This document shows, piece by piece, positions 12,387-23,052 of a DNA stretch of 64,000 nt. The notes below the pieces were generated by a model. That model was not told the DNA's origin. It searched no databases and saw only the letters and a list, made by a program, of their open reading frames with translations. The translations under genes were made by a program, and so were the position numbers. Origin of the DNA: Mytilus californianus (lineage: Eukaryota); contig NW_026262626.1 in the NCBI RefSeq assembly GCF_021869535.1, forward strand, positions 9,920,001 to 9,984,000, written 5' to 3'. How positions within the stretch are numbered: the stretch's first letter is position 1; each line of letters begins with the position of its first letter.

Positions 12387-12438
12387 ATGTCTAAACTCTG
12401 TGTGGTAGTTTGTGGATGTCTTTTTCTTTTGTTGAAAG
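12387..12438 (+). CDS. Paralog 2 exon 1, signal peptide MSKLCVVVCGCLFLLLK
   Basis: Hydrophobic N-terminus followed by a GTATGT donor in phase 1, matching exon 2. Confidence 0.7.
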
Positions 12439-15400
12439 GTATGTAAGGACTTTGAATAGACAGAAAGTTCATTGATGTATATTCAACGTCTGGAAAGTAA
12501 TCGTTATGAATCGTCCAAAGAAATGATATTCAAATTTACATAATAAAGTTTTTTCGAGTAGAAGTCTAATGGAAAGTTACCTCTATGCAAGAAGACCAGT
12601 GACTCAATTTGGAATTATTTTGAAGAGCGCGTATCCGGATATAGAGTGAATAAAAGAAGTATGACGACTTCTGCTTAATATGGTTCGGAAAATTACTGTT
12701 GCAATAGGTCCCTATCCTCTATACAGATATGTATAGACATTTAATCATTTGTAATTTTAAGTATTCATTTCGAACGATATGAAATGTACTGCATTTCACG
12801 GATTTAGCACTAAAGATTGACGAAACCTTGTGAAATTTTAAAGTAAAAGAGTCCAGATGATGTATCAAAATGACTTTTCAATAAAATAATTGGAAACCTG
12901 GAAACCATATTTGATTCTTTCAAGGAAATACTCCAAAAATAGATTTAATTCTATGTTCTCAGTTATTCAGAGAAATATGTTTTAATCTCTTGGTTTCACA
13001 ATATATGGTTGCCAAATATTTTTACATAATACAATCGGGAGTACTCCAGGAATTTTTGCAATTTATCTTTAGTTTGATTCAACTTCATCATCCCAGTTGT
13101 ATATGTTTATATGATTCGTTGGTAGGTTCAGCAGTAGAGAAATACCAAGACAATTTTGCAGCCTTCTAAAGACAGTGGGGCATTTTACTACAATATAGTC
13201 CAACGAAAACCGATATACAAACATGTTGATAAGTTATCCCATTCCTTCAGACAAAGCTGACCTTTGATCAATTTGGTTATTCCTTTTAGCCACTTTTGAT
13301 GATACGGTTCCTCACGTGTTTAGGTAGCTATACATCATTAGCTTCAATTTTGTGGGTGTGAGTGTTCCTTCGGACGCAACAAATTTATAAAGTGTTATTC
13401 TAGTTTGTTTGTCATTATTACTTATAAAGTTGCGCATGCGGGTATCTTTTTTTGTCGATAGTCTCAGGATGTTAAAAATTATTATTAACCACAAGACAGT
13501 TCGGAATAACAGTATAAAGGTCACATAGTATTGTCCGAAAATTCAGGATTGATTAATGGCCTTGATTAAGAGTCTTATATAATCGATTTAAAGCAAGCAC
13601 GTATTGTTTACAAACAGTAAAGAGAGCTTGAAATCACTGACATTGGTGCGATCGTTTTCCTGTTGAAGAAGTTCTTATATAACGAAAGAAAACTGTCCGG
13701 TTAAAGAAAATATTGGCTTCCGGAAAAGTTCTCCTGAGTCAAATTTTTAAACTAAATCCTTGGATCCTGACGAGGTAAATTCAGACACGTGATCAGGATA
13801 CCTTCAATTCGATACGTTTACACCGGCACTGTTTTAATATCAAATTAAGTAAAATTTAATCAAGTTAAGTTTTTAAAAAATCCTGTTTACTCGTACTGAC
13901 GATACGATTTGTAGAATTGTCTATTGTTAGTATTTGATTGACAGATGTTCTATCGAGCGCATTAAAAAAAAAAACAAATAACAGAAACTCATTTAAATTT
14001 ACCATTTATCGACTAATAAACTAACGGGGATATTTTTAAACTCAATACTTTTAACAAAACTAAATGAACATACAATTGCATTTATGAATACTTTGTGCAT
14101 AGTTAACAGTTAGGAACCACTTATGTCGGTAAAAAAGCTATTATACATTGTACAAATATTTTTATTCAATGCTGTTTGCAATTAATTGAATTGTTGAGAT
14201 GTATCAATTTACCATATGCTTTAATCCCTAAATAGTTGCAAGTAAAGCAAACCCAAGTTTCTTATTGATCACAAAAGTTGCGTTTAAATGAGAAAGAGCA
14301 TACTTAAAGTTGTTTTTCATTCAATGAAGACAAAGAATGAATTCTTTAAAGATTTTCTTTTTTATATTTAGAAATTTCAACGTTAGAACTAAAATCCTAC
14401 TCTGCATGTTATGGCATATTATTTGAAAACTACCTTCAACCATCATGTTCGACTGGAGAGAAAATGGCAGTCGTTGGTCTCACTGCTTTGGCAAAGGAAC
14501 TGAGTACATCATGTCCAATACAGGTTACAACACCGAATACTGTACCAGAAACATGCTGTCAATATAACCCGATAGACTGTTCTATACGCTACGTAGGATC
14601 CACATATAGGGGCTATTATCAACAGTGTAATGGGAACGTTGGGTGTACCATACAAGTGTCATGGGTAGAGGCAACTTGTAATCAGACTATTTATCTAGCC
14701 AGAACCAATTACATGAAAATGGATTATTATTGTATTTCAAGTAAGTGACAAAAAGATTGATCTACACATGTAAATGTCTTTTGATTTTATTGTACGAATG
14801 TAACTGTGCCATATGCAAGAAGAGGTGTAATCATTATACGACATGAATAATATAATATGTGTCCATACTCAGCATACTGACATGTAAAAGCAGACTGAAA
14901 ATGAATATTGTTGTATTATTCAAGTATTCACCAATTACACGATTTTAAAACAATATGATACTAACTTTCTGTAAGTTGACAATATAGAAGAACACGGAAT
15001 TCCATTTTAAGCAAGATATGTTTATGAGACAGTCATTTTGGCTTCTTGGTATCGTTTAGTCTTATACTATCGACCACACTCACATCTATGGCAAGCTTTA
15101 TATGTAAGCTGTACAAATTTTGATTATATTAAATAAAGACGCCTAAATATCTGACACTTATCTTTAAAATACTTATTTTTTTATAATCATTGTATATGTT
15201 TAAAGAAGATTTTGGGTATACATGGATGAGATAGCACCCACGCAACATAAAAACTTCTAGAAGCTACTTCAATAGACAAGTGTCTATACAATATATCAAG
15301 TTTTTAATCGCCTAAGAACCACAACAGAAATACATGAAATAAAAAGCACTTTTAAAGATCAGACATGCACTTTCTATTTCCCAAAATGAATATGTGTATT

Positions 15401-18400
15401 GTTGCCCTGAGTTTAGAAACGAATGAATAAATAAACAGAGGTCATCAAAGATCTGTCTTACTAAAAAAACAAATATGTATTGTCATTTCACCAGATCTAA
15501 CATGTTCTTGATAACTTGGCATTATTTTGCTTTTTCAGATCAAGGTTTAGACCCTTGTTCAAGTTTAAACACAAAAGACAGCCGAGTTTTTCTATGGAAC
15601 CCGGGATACCCCTCATCCCCTCTAACAGGATCTACAGCCTGCACATGCTCAATTGAGGCGTCATGTGACTCTACTGTAAGGTTAACCGCACTAGACCTTA
15701 GACTTGGTTCCAGTACAGTTTGTAATCAAAGTATAACAATAACTGATGGAGATACAGTAATGGCGTTTGACTGTAATGATAACAACGATTACCTACCTAC
15801 AACACTCTATGTCAGTACCTCTCATTTCATACAGATACAGATCACTAATAACTTAGGATCAGCAGATGGATATTATTTTATTTTACTAGAAGGTATTTTT
15901 GCAAGTATACTCTAATTTGAGAGATTTATTTACATGACTCATGCATGTAAACATATAATGCTAATGATTATTAATCGTCGCGCATCTGTCAAACTTGGAT
16001 CTTCTCTTATATGACTATACAAAAAGTAAATTACAAACATAATCCGATAGAAATGGAAGCATGTAAAAGCGAAAAAAAAGTATCCACAAAAAAACAAATT
16101 GGATTACAGTTCCCATTTTATAGTTCATTAGAAATGTTTATTTTGATTTGTTCTTAATTACTCTAAAAAGACCACTGGAAACTTAATCAAACCTTAATCC
16201 AACCAAAACAAATAATTAAGTTTGCTATATTCTAATTGTGAATTTTCCATATATGATTAGCTTTTTTCCTTCTTTTTAATAGTTTTATGCCACAAACTAC
16301 GATTTTAACCTGACTTTTAAGTTGTATTGTTTTGAAGAAACATCAACAATGCTCGGAATCGTAGTTTTATAAAGAATGGATTGTAATATTTATTTGTAAA
16401 CTATTTACGATATGTTTCTTTTCTCTTTATACATTTGGAAATTATATTTTCATCGATCTATTGAATACGATTGATACCATATTTGCTTGAGATTTAGGCA
16501 TTTGTTTTACACACAATACCACTTGCTCTTTTTAAAATATTTGACTTGATATTCAAATAATAATAATTATAATACATCATCAAGTTAAAAAGCGTTTTTC
16601 TTATGGAATCGTTAATCAATATCTCTCAAGTTGTCAAATATGATTTGATTTTTTAATGTCATCTTGGTATCTTCCGCCTCTTTTTTGTAGTTTTTGTATT
16701 TTTTTTTTTATTTTTCTTTTGACCATGATGTTGGTTGTGGATCTTTGACTTACATGACCCTAGTCTGTTATACAATTAACGTGCTCGTTACATGAATAAC
16801 CTCTGTTATAATGGCAATGTTTAGTACATAAGGAAACTATTTGACGTGATTTTCCCGTGTTTAATTTGAACTCTTAAATTTTTCTTTAACAGGAACTTCT
16901 CCTGGCGCAGAACTAACATTATCGTGTGCCAGTACAGCGCAATCTACACCTGTTGTACCTTCCACTAGTTTACCAGTTTGTCCAAGTACTGATCTCACAA
17001 CTGAGAGTATAACAACGCCGCCAGACACTACTACAGACGATAACATTAGTTCAGCTGCTCCTACTTCATCAGTTAAAAGTACCACTGTCGAGTCAACGAC
17101 AACTACTTCTGTTGTTCGCACAGACTCTTCAACACCTGACGTCATCACTGTTGTGTCTACCACTGGCGGGAAAACAATTACTGCTGGTACAGGCACAGAG
17201 ATAACAGTTTCCATGGCAAGTGAAATCACCATGACAACTACCAGTGGAACAAAAGGGACCGAAGAAACAGTTACAAAATCGAATACAGCAACGACTAATG
17301 AAAACACAACACCAAGTGGCATGACAGCAAAGGGAACTTTGGCAATGATATCGAATTTAACAGACGATACTAATTCACAGCCAACCACCTCAAAAACAAC
17401 GACTAATACTTCAATAACGCAACCAGTCTTTGTTTCTCTTGGGTGGACATCAACAGAAAAAGATATGAGTGCTAATATAACTTTCACGACATTATCCTCA
17501 GTCAGTGAGAGTTTACAAACGACACTTTCTGGTCTACCTGAGCAGACGACACGAACTAATGTAACAGATACTGACAAGGAGGAATCGTCACCAACTAGTA
17601 CCAAGTGTAAGTAATCAAGGTAAAAAGTGTCAAATGTAAGTAATCATGGTAAAAAGTAGCAAGTGTGTAAGTAATTATGGTAAAAAGTGACAAGTGTAAG
17701 TAATCATGGTAAAAATGCACAAAGAACATAAATAAAAGAGATGTGGAGTATTCGTCAATGAAACAGAAACCCAACGACATGATTACTAAATTAGATCCAT
17801 AGGACAACATGATAGTCTGCAACAATAGAGAAATGACTATACAATATGTCGTTATAAATTGAACCGATCCTTAAACATATTTTAAAACGGGACTATATCA
17901 ACTACAAATTCTCCAAAATACCAAAAAATAAATAAATAGAGATAAAACAAAATTCTTCCACTGACGATGTTTCTGACAAAGGACCGGAACGTGCATTTGA
18001 AGGGGTAAAACTAGTTTTTTTCAGATATCAACTTTCCCCCTTATTTAGATTTTGATTAAATAACAATAGTATTAGTAAAATTCTTGGTACTAGATTTTTT
18101 TACATAGATCGTGCTTATAACCTATTTGAATGACTTACATTCTACCTATGTATTATATCCTAAAAATAAAAGTGCTACGACGAAACAAAAATAATGATAT
18201 ATCGACAAGTTAAAAGACAAACTTGAAAAGATTATAAAAAGAAAATACAGAAAAGACACAAAAAACTGTAACACTTATACTCCACTGGAACTCTGGTTAT
18301 ACCCTGATAGATTTCATGTCCATTAAAATAAATCCTTAGTTTGAGGCGTTGTTAGATATTCTATTTTCTTGTCAAAATAACTTAAGAATTCAAATATTTA

Positions 18401-21400
18401 GGACAAAAATTATTTCATCACATGTTCATATGTCACACATTAAAAGAAGTAATGGTTTTAGATGACTCTTTCAAGGCAGTGTTTCTTTTAGATCAACGAA
18501 ACTTACGTCATTAATTGTATGTTTATCCATTTAGGCAAAAATTAGATTTATTCTGTCTTATTTTTCTGAAGAAAATTAAGAGTTAATCATAAAAAAATCC
18601 CCAAAAACCAGATGTGAATTAAAGATGTATTGGGAAAGTGTTCCGAAAGCTGTTGATTTAACTACCTAGTAACATGTCTTGATTTCAAATGGCTTTGAAA
18701 TTAGTACTAGTCTTTCTCGCTAGCCATTTTAATTTGATTTCTCATATCTGATTTGTTAATGTCCTCTTTTTCCGGATTAGATAACCGTTATCTTCATACC
18801 AAAGTAGGAGGGCTCTATAGGCGAGTGATATAGGGAAAAATGTAGTATTACATTTTCCAGGCTTTAAGTTGGCCTTTTGTGACCCAAGGATAGGTGAAGC
18901 AAGTCAACTTAGAAGCGCTGTGATTGGATGTAAGGGGACAATATATTTTATTATTTATCTATGAATAACTGCAGTGTGTATATTTACAATATAAATTTTG
19001 AAATCCATTGAAATATTTTCTTGAAGACTTCCAAATTTTCATAAATTTGATGTAAAATGACGGTGAGCATGGATACAATAAACAAGCTCCGTTCGAAGAT
19101 GGTCATAATAGTATTTGATTTCAATTTCTAAAACAGAATAATAAAGGTTTTTATTATAAAAAGTGGTAAATTAAGAAATTTTAGTATTGTCGCCTATGGC
19201 AGAATAGATACTACCGTTTTCCCTTTAAGTAGTTCAACTTCTGTATCACTTGCATGTCAACACTGAGGTTATGAGTTTGAACCCCGCACGTGGCAGGTAA
19301 TTTCGACTATAATCTTGCCACTTTCCTTCCGTAGGTCGGCGGTTCTCTATGGGCACTCCGGCTTCCTCCAACAATAAAAACCGTCCACCACGAAATAGTC
19401 AATAGTGGCGTTAAAAAAACAAATTAAAAGAACAATCAATAAATCAAACGAAAGTATTAACTATTAACTGTTGTTAAATATTCGTTATATCAACAACAAA
19501 AACAAACAACATAATAATAATTTGAAAATTACTGATTCAATTACAGGATCCCCGCTAAAAGAAGGTGAGTGAACTCGTTTGTTTCACATTGTACTCGTCA
19601 AACTCTTGAAGTCAGGACTGCTTTAACAGTAAAAATACATTTGCCACTTTATCAATTTTTAATGTATGTATTTATTTTTTTCTGCTTTCAGCTACGATCA
19701 TTGGAGTTTCTATTGTATTAATTGTGATATGTGCCTTGATAATGATGTTCTTTCTTCATAGAGATAAAATTAAAGAAAAGTGTTGTAAAAAGAAGGTAAG
19801 TGAAAACAAGGTTCTGGGAAAAAAAACGAACAATGACACATTACGCAATATATTTACAAAACAGACAAAACACGGTTACAAAACGTACAAATAGATGTTT
19901 CTCATGTTTTTAATCGTTTGACTGACAGACATCATTCATTTTGAGTTTCAAAACGACAGTTTATTTCGGAATAAAACATACCACACGTGGTCTCCGTGAC
20001 AACTTTTACAAACAAAACTAGCTAAAAGTTTGATTTCAAACGTTTCCCATAGATTCTCATTTTTTTCACTAGAAAGTAATTATATATGAGAACATGTTTT
20101 TTATTATAGAAACGTTCACTGTGCGAAATATTTAGTATGAAACGAATTGTTTTTGGCTAACACATTTACAAATAGGGGGGGGGGGGGGGGGAGGGGGGGA
20201 GGGGGGCTAGGATGAAATTTGAAAAAAATAGGCAGGACAGGAGTTTTGAGTAAAAAAAAGGCAAGATGAGACATTTTGCAAAAAAAAAGGCAGGATGACA
20301 ATTTATGTTAAAAAAAGTCAGGATAAACTAAAAAAAAAAGGCAGGACCGAATAGAGTGAAAAATAAAAAGGCAGGACAGAGATTACAACTAAAAAATAAT
20401 GCAGGACAAAATTTTTCATCCTAGCCCCCCATAAAAATCAAATGGCAGCTCCCTTAATTGTTTTTACAAACATATAAAAACAAGATGTGACATGGTTACT
20501 TATAAGACAAATACCTCATCATAGACAAAAGGACGAGGATGTAAACAACTGTAGGTTACATAATGACCTTCAACATGGAGCAAAAACGTGTGGTAGGCTA
20601 TAATAGGTCCCAGTATGACAAAATGGTAAAACATGTAAAATATAAAAATAAGGAGATGTGGTATAATTGCCAATGAGACAACTATCCACCAAAGTTAAAA
20701 TGAAGTGGATGTAAGTAATTATTGGCAACAGTACGGCCTTCAACAATGAGAAAAAAAACCATACCGTATAATCTCATTATAGTCTTTTTTATACTTATAT
20801 CATGAGAAATTTAGAGCACCTGAGATTACCCCCGGTTTTTGGTGAGGTTCGTATTGCTCCGTCTTTAGTTTTCTATGTTTTGTTTTGTATACTATTATTA
20901 ACTCTGTTTTTTTTTCTTTTTCTTTTTTTTTTGCCATGATTTTGTCGGTTTATTTTCTACTTGTGAGTTTGAATGTCCCTTTGGTATCTTTCGCCTCTCT
21001 TTTAGCTATCTATCTATCTGAATTATAGTTTTTGCAAGTTAAAGATGGATTGAATGGATAATAAAGAATCAGTGATTTATTTAATATTTTATCAGAGCCC
21101 TTGAATGACTCCCATTTCTGATGAATGTACTATTAAACCGGAAGATCGAATTATCAAAGCACAATTTTATATAAAAATTTATGACTCAACCTAGTCTTCG
21201 GTTTTAAATTCGTTCAACAAATTATTATTTTTGTAGATTTCTGCAGAAACCAATGGAGAAGTCATTCCCTCATACCATACTATATTTGAGGAGAATTTTA
21301 ACATTGACAACAGAACTAAACCACTACAGCTTCCGCCATTAATGCACCGCCTAAATGAAGGACGTCAACGAACCTTCAATGAAAAGGAATCAAAGAAAGA

Positions 21401-21770
21401 AAAAAATAAAAGTAAGAAGACAAAATCTGTATTGGCTAATACACAAATTCCCAAAGAACAATACGAGGGGTCGGGAATTGTTGCTGATAAGGCTATCAAA
21501 CAAAAGAAAAAGAAAAAGAAAAAGAAACAAAAGAAATTATCACAGATTTTGAAAGACAGTGAACCTGAGTATACTCCAAAGCCACAATCTTACGGAAAGA
21601 GTACTTTTTCGCCTGACATCAGCAATTTTTTGGCGGATGTTGATGTGAAACAAAGGTTTAGACGTACATCCATTATAGATATAACTGATCCTCAGGGTCA
21701 TTTAGAGAAATCTGTAGAGATCAATACTATAGTTAATGTTAAACCGCTAGATGTATCGTCGAATGTCTGA
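12387..21770 (+). CDS. Receptor paralog 2, 708 aa: SP, SUEL-like lectin, CUB, mucin stalk, TM, Lys-rich tail; join(12387..12438,14372..14740,15539..15892,16893..17606,19692..19795,21237..21770)
   Basis: All six exons have canonical GT/AG sites and compatible phases (1,1,1,1,0); total 2127 nt = 709 codons including the stop. Domains read from Cys spacing and motifs. Confidence 0.85.
14372..14740 (+). CDS. Paralog 2 exon 2, divergent SUEL/Gal-lectin-like domain
   Basis: Pattern ACYG..LQPSCSTGEKMAV...CCQY..DC...QCNGNVGC...TC...NYMKMDYYC; AG and GTAAGT sites. Confidence 0.8.
15539..15892 (+). CDS. Paralog 2 exon 3, CUB domain
   Basis: C...WNPGYP....C.CSI...VRLTALDLRL...C...ITITDG....C...STSHFIQIQI....GYYFIL. 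Confidence 0.85.
16893..17606 (+). CDS. Paralog 2 exon 4, mucin-like stalk
   Basis: 714-nt Thr/Ser-rich open exon; contains ORF 17153..17614. Confidence 0.85.
17603..17720 (+). repeat. Tandem array (29-31 bp x4) containing the 5' splice site
   Basis: aagtGTAAGTaatcaaggtaaaaagtgtc-like unit; GTAAGT at 17607, 17636, 17667 and 17696. Confidence 0.9.
19225..19445 (+). mobile_element. tRNA-derived SINE, 5'-truncated (same family as 23308-23565)
   Basis: B-box-like gagtttgaaccc, central ggttctctatgggcactccggcttcctcc, tail caatcaat. Confidence 0.75.
19692..19795 (+). CDS. Paralog 2 exon 5, transmembrane
   Basis: TIIGVSIVLIVICALIMMFFL followed by basic stop-transfer residues; GTAAGT donor. Confidence 0.88.
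20170..20459. mobile_element. Foldback/MITE with internal aaaaaaggcagga minisatellite
   Basis: Inverted ggggctaggatgaaa / tttcatcctagcccc around about 6 degenerate units; ends in agctcccTTAA. A similar end occurs at about 43570-43790. Confidence 0.6.
21237..21770 (+). CDS. Paralog 2 exon 6, cytoplasmic tail
   Basis: tttgtAG acceptor in frame with ORF 21342..21770; YHTI motif, K8 run, ends in SNV*. Confidence 0.85.
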   Translation: MSAETNGEVIPSYHTIFEENFNIDNRTKPLQLPPLMHRLNEGRQRTFNEKESKKEKNKSKKTKSVLANTQIPKEQYEGSGIVADKAIKQKKKKKKKKQKKLSQILKDSEPEYTPKPQSYGKSTFSPDISNFLADVDVKQRFRRTSIIDITDPQGHLEKSVEINTIVNVKPLDVSSNV

Positions 21771-22401
21771 TATAATAACGTATCATTCTCCCGCTAACAA
21801 AGTTTTGGGAATGTATAGTGATCTTCGTGTCCGTCCGTCCGTCTGTATGTTTGATTGTCCGTATGGTCTGTGAAGTGAACGGCTATACAGATATTAAAGT
21901 AACTTTATACAGTTGAAAAATAATTCCTTATGATGTGCATCAAGGAATATAATCCCGGTCCAAGAGGAGAAAATAATCGCATTTGTCAGCAACCCAATAG
22001 TCGGCAGTTCTTTGTTGACATGAATTATCAATGATATTATCAGATTTTACAAATTAACTGTTTACAAAACTTTGAATTGTTCAAAATACTAAGGATTTTT
22101 TACCTAAAAAATACATAACCTTAGCTGTATTTGGCAAAACCTTTCGGATTTTGGGCCATGAATGTTCTCTAACTTCGTACTTTCAATCCCTTTTTTTGTT
22201 TGAGCGCAACTGATTGGTCTTTTGTAGTTGAAGCATACAAAATTATAAGCTTGGTATCTTTGATGACCTTTTTTTTACTTTCTTTGATATGCTCACAGCT
22301 TTGCGGGGCAGGGGTATAATTTTTTAAGTTTCATTCACAGTTCTAGTTTATATTGTATTTATTTATCAGATATGTATTACTTTTATCTGTTTCATTAAAC
22401 A

Positions 22402-22407
22402 AATAAA
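22402..22407 (+). terminator. Candidate polyadenylation signal, paralog 2
   Basis: AATAAA in a 3' UTR segment homologous to the 6298 region. Confidence 0.5.
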
Positions 22408-22857
22408 AAAACTAGAACATTTCTTGTATATATCTCACAAAACCTTATTACAATACATATTTGATGAAATAAGACAGTTTTTGGTACTATGTTATATCTT
22501 TCTTTCAATCTATGGGCGCATTACAAGTATATTTAAGTTTAACTAGAAATAATGGATCGATTTTAAGATTGTTCTTCCCGTTAAAGGAACAATAAACCAG
22601 TCTTGAATTAGTGTACGAAAGTAGAATAAGTCAATTCCCAAAATCAACTTCAGATTTATGCTTCGAGAGCGATGAAAAATAATTTGTAGCATATGACTGT
22701 CCATACTAGGAAGTCGTAACGGTTCGCTTCAATGAAGAACAGTGATGAAAAACTTTAAGCAAAAATAATATATTTATAGATTAAAACATGTAATTTTCAC
22801 TATCGGCTTTTGTATCATCTCGAGACTCCGATATCAGCCCAAGGTTTAAGTCTCTGG

Positions 22858-23052
22858 TTAATTCTTGACAACTTTTCTATATAAATATATATCTGTAAAA
22901 AACGGAAATTCTATGGTGTCTTTCCCTTTCGTTTCAGGATGTGTTGTTAAAATTTGACGGATTTCATCTAATTCCTTTTCTTTTTCTTTCTCCTCAAGTT
23001 TTTGTAATCCACTATGCGTTGAGCAGTGTCGAAGCATAAATTCCACATCGCC
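22858..23052 (-). CDS. Methyltransferase exon 7 (terminal)
   Basis: caatttAG acceptor; in frame with ORF 22858..23046. Confidence 0.88.
   Translation of the reverse strand, partial: GDVEFMLRHCSTHSGLQKLEEKEKEKELDEIRQILTTHPETKGKDTIEFPFFTDIYLYRKVVKN

Noticed and set aside
13766-13800. Hammerhead-like CTGACGA..GACA in paralog 2 intron 1
   Set aside because: GAAA is mutated and the stems are not convincing
16861-17604. 247-aa Val-rich minus-strand ORF
   Set aside because: Antisense shadow of the Thr-rich mucin exon (ACN codons read as Val/Gly/Ser)
21267-21284. ITIM in the paralog 2 tail
   Set aside because: PSYHTI has Pro at Y-2, so only a generic YxxPhi motif is supported
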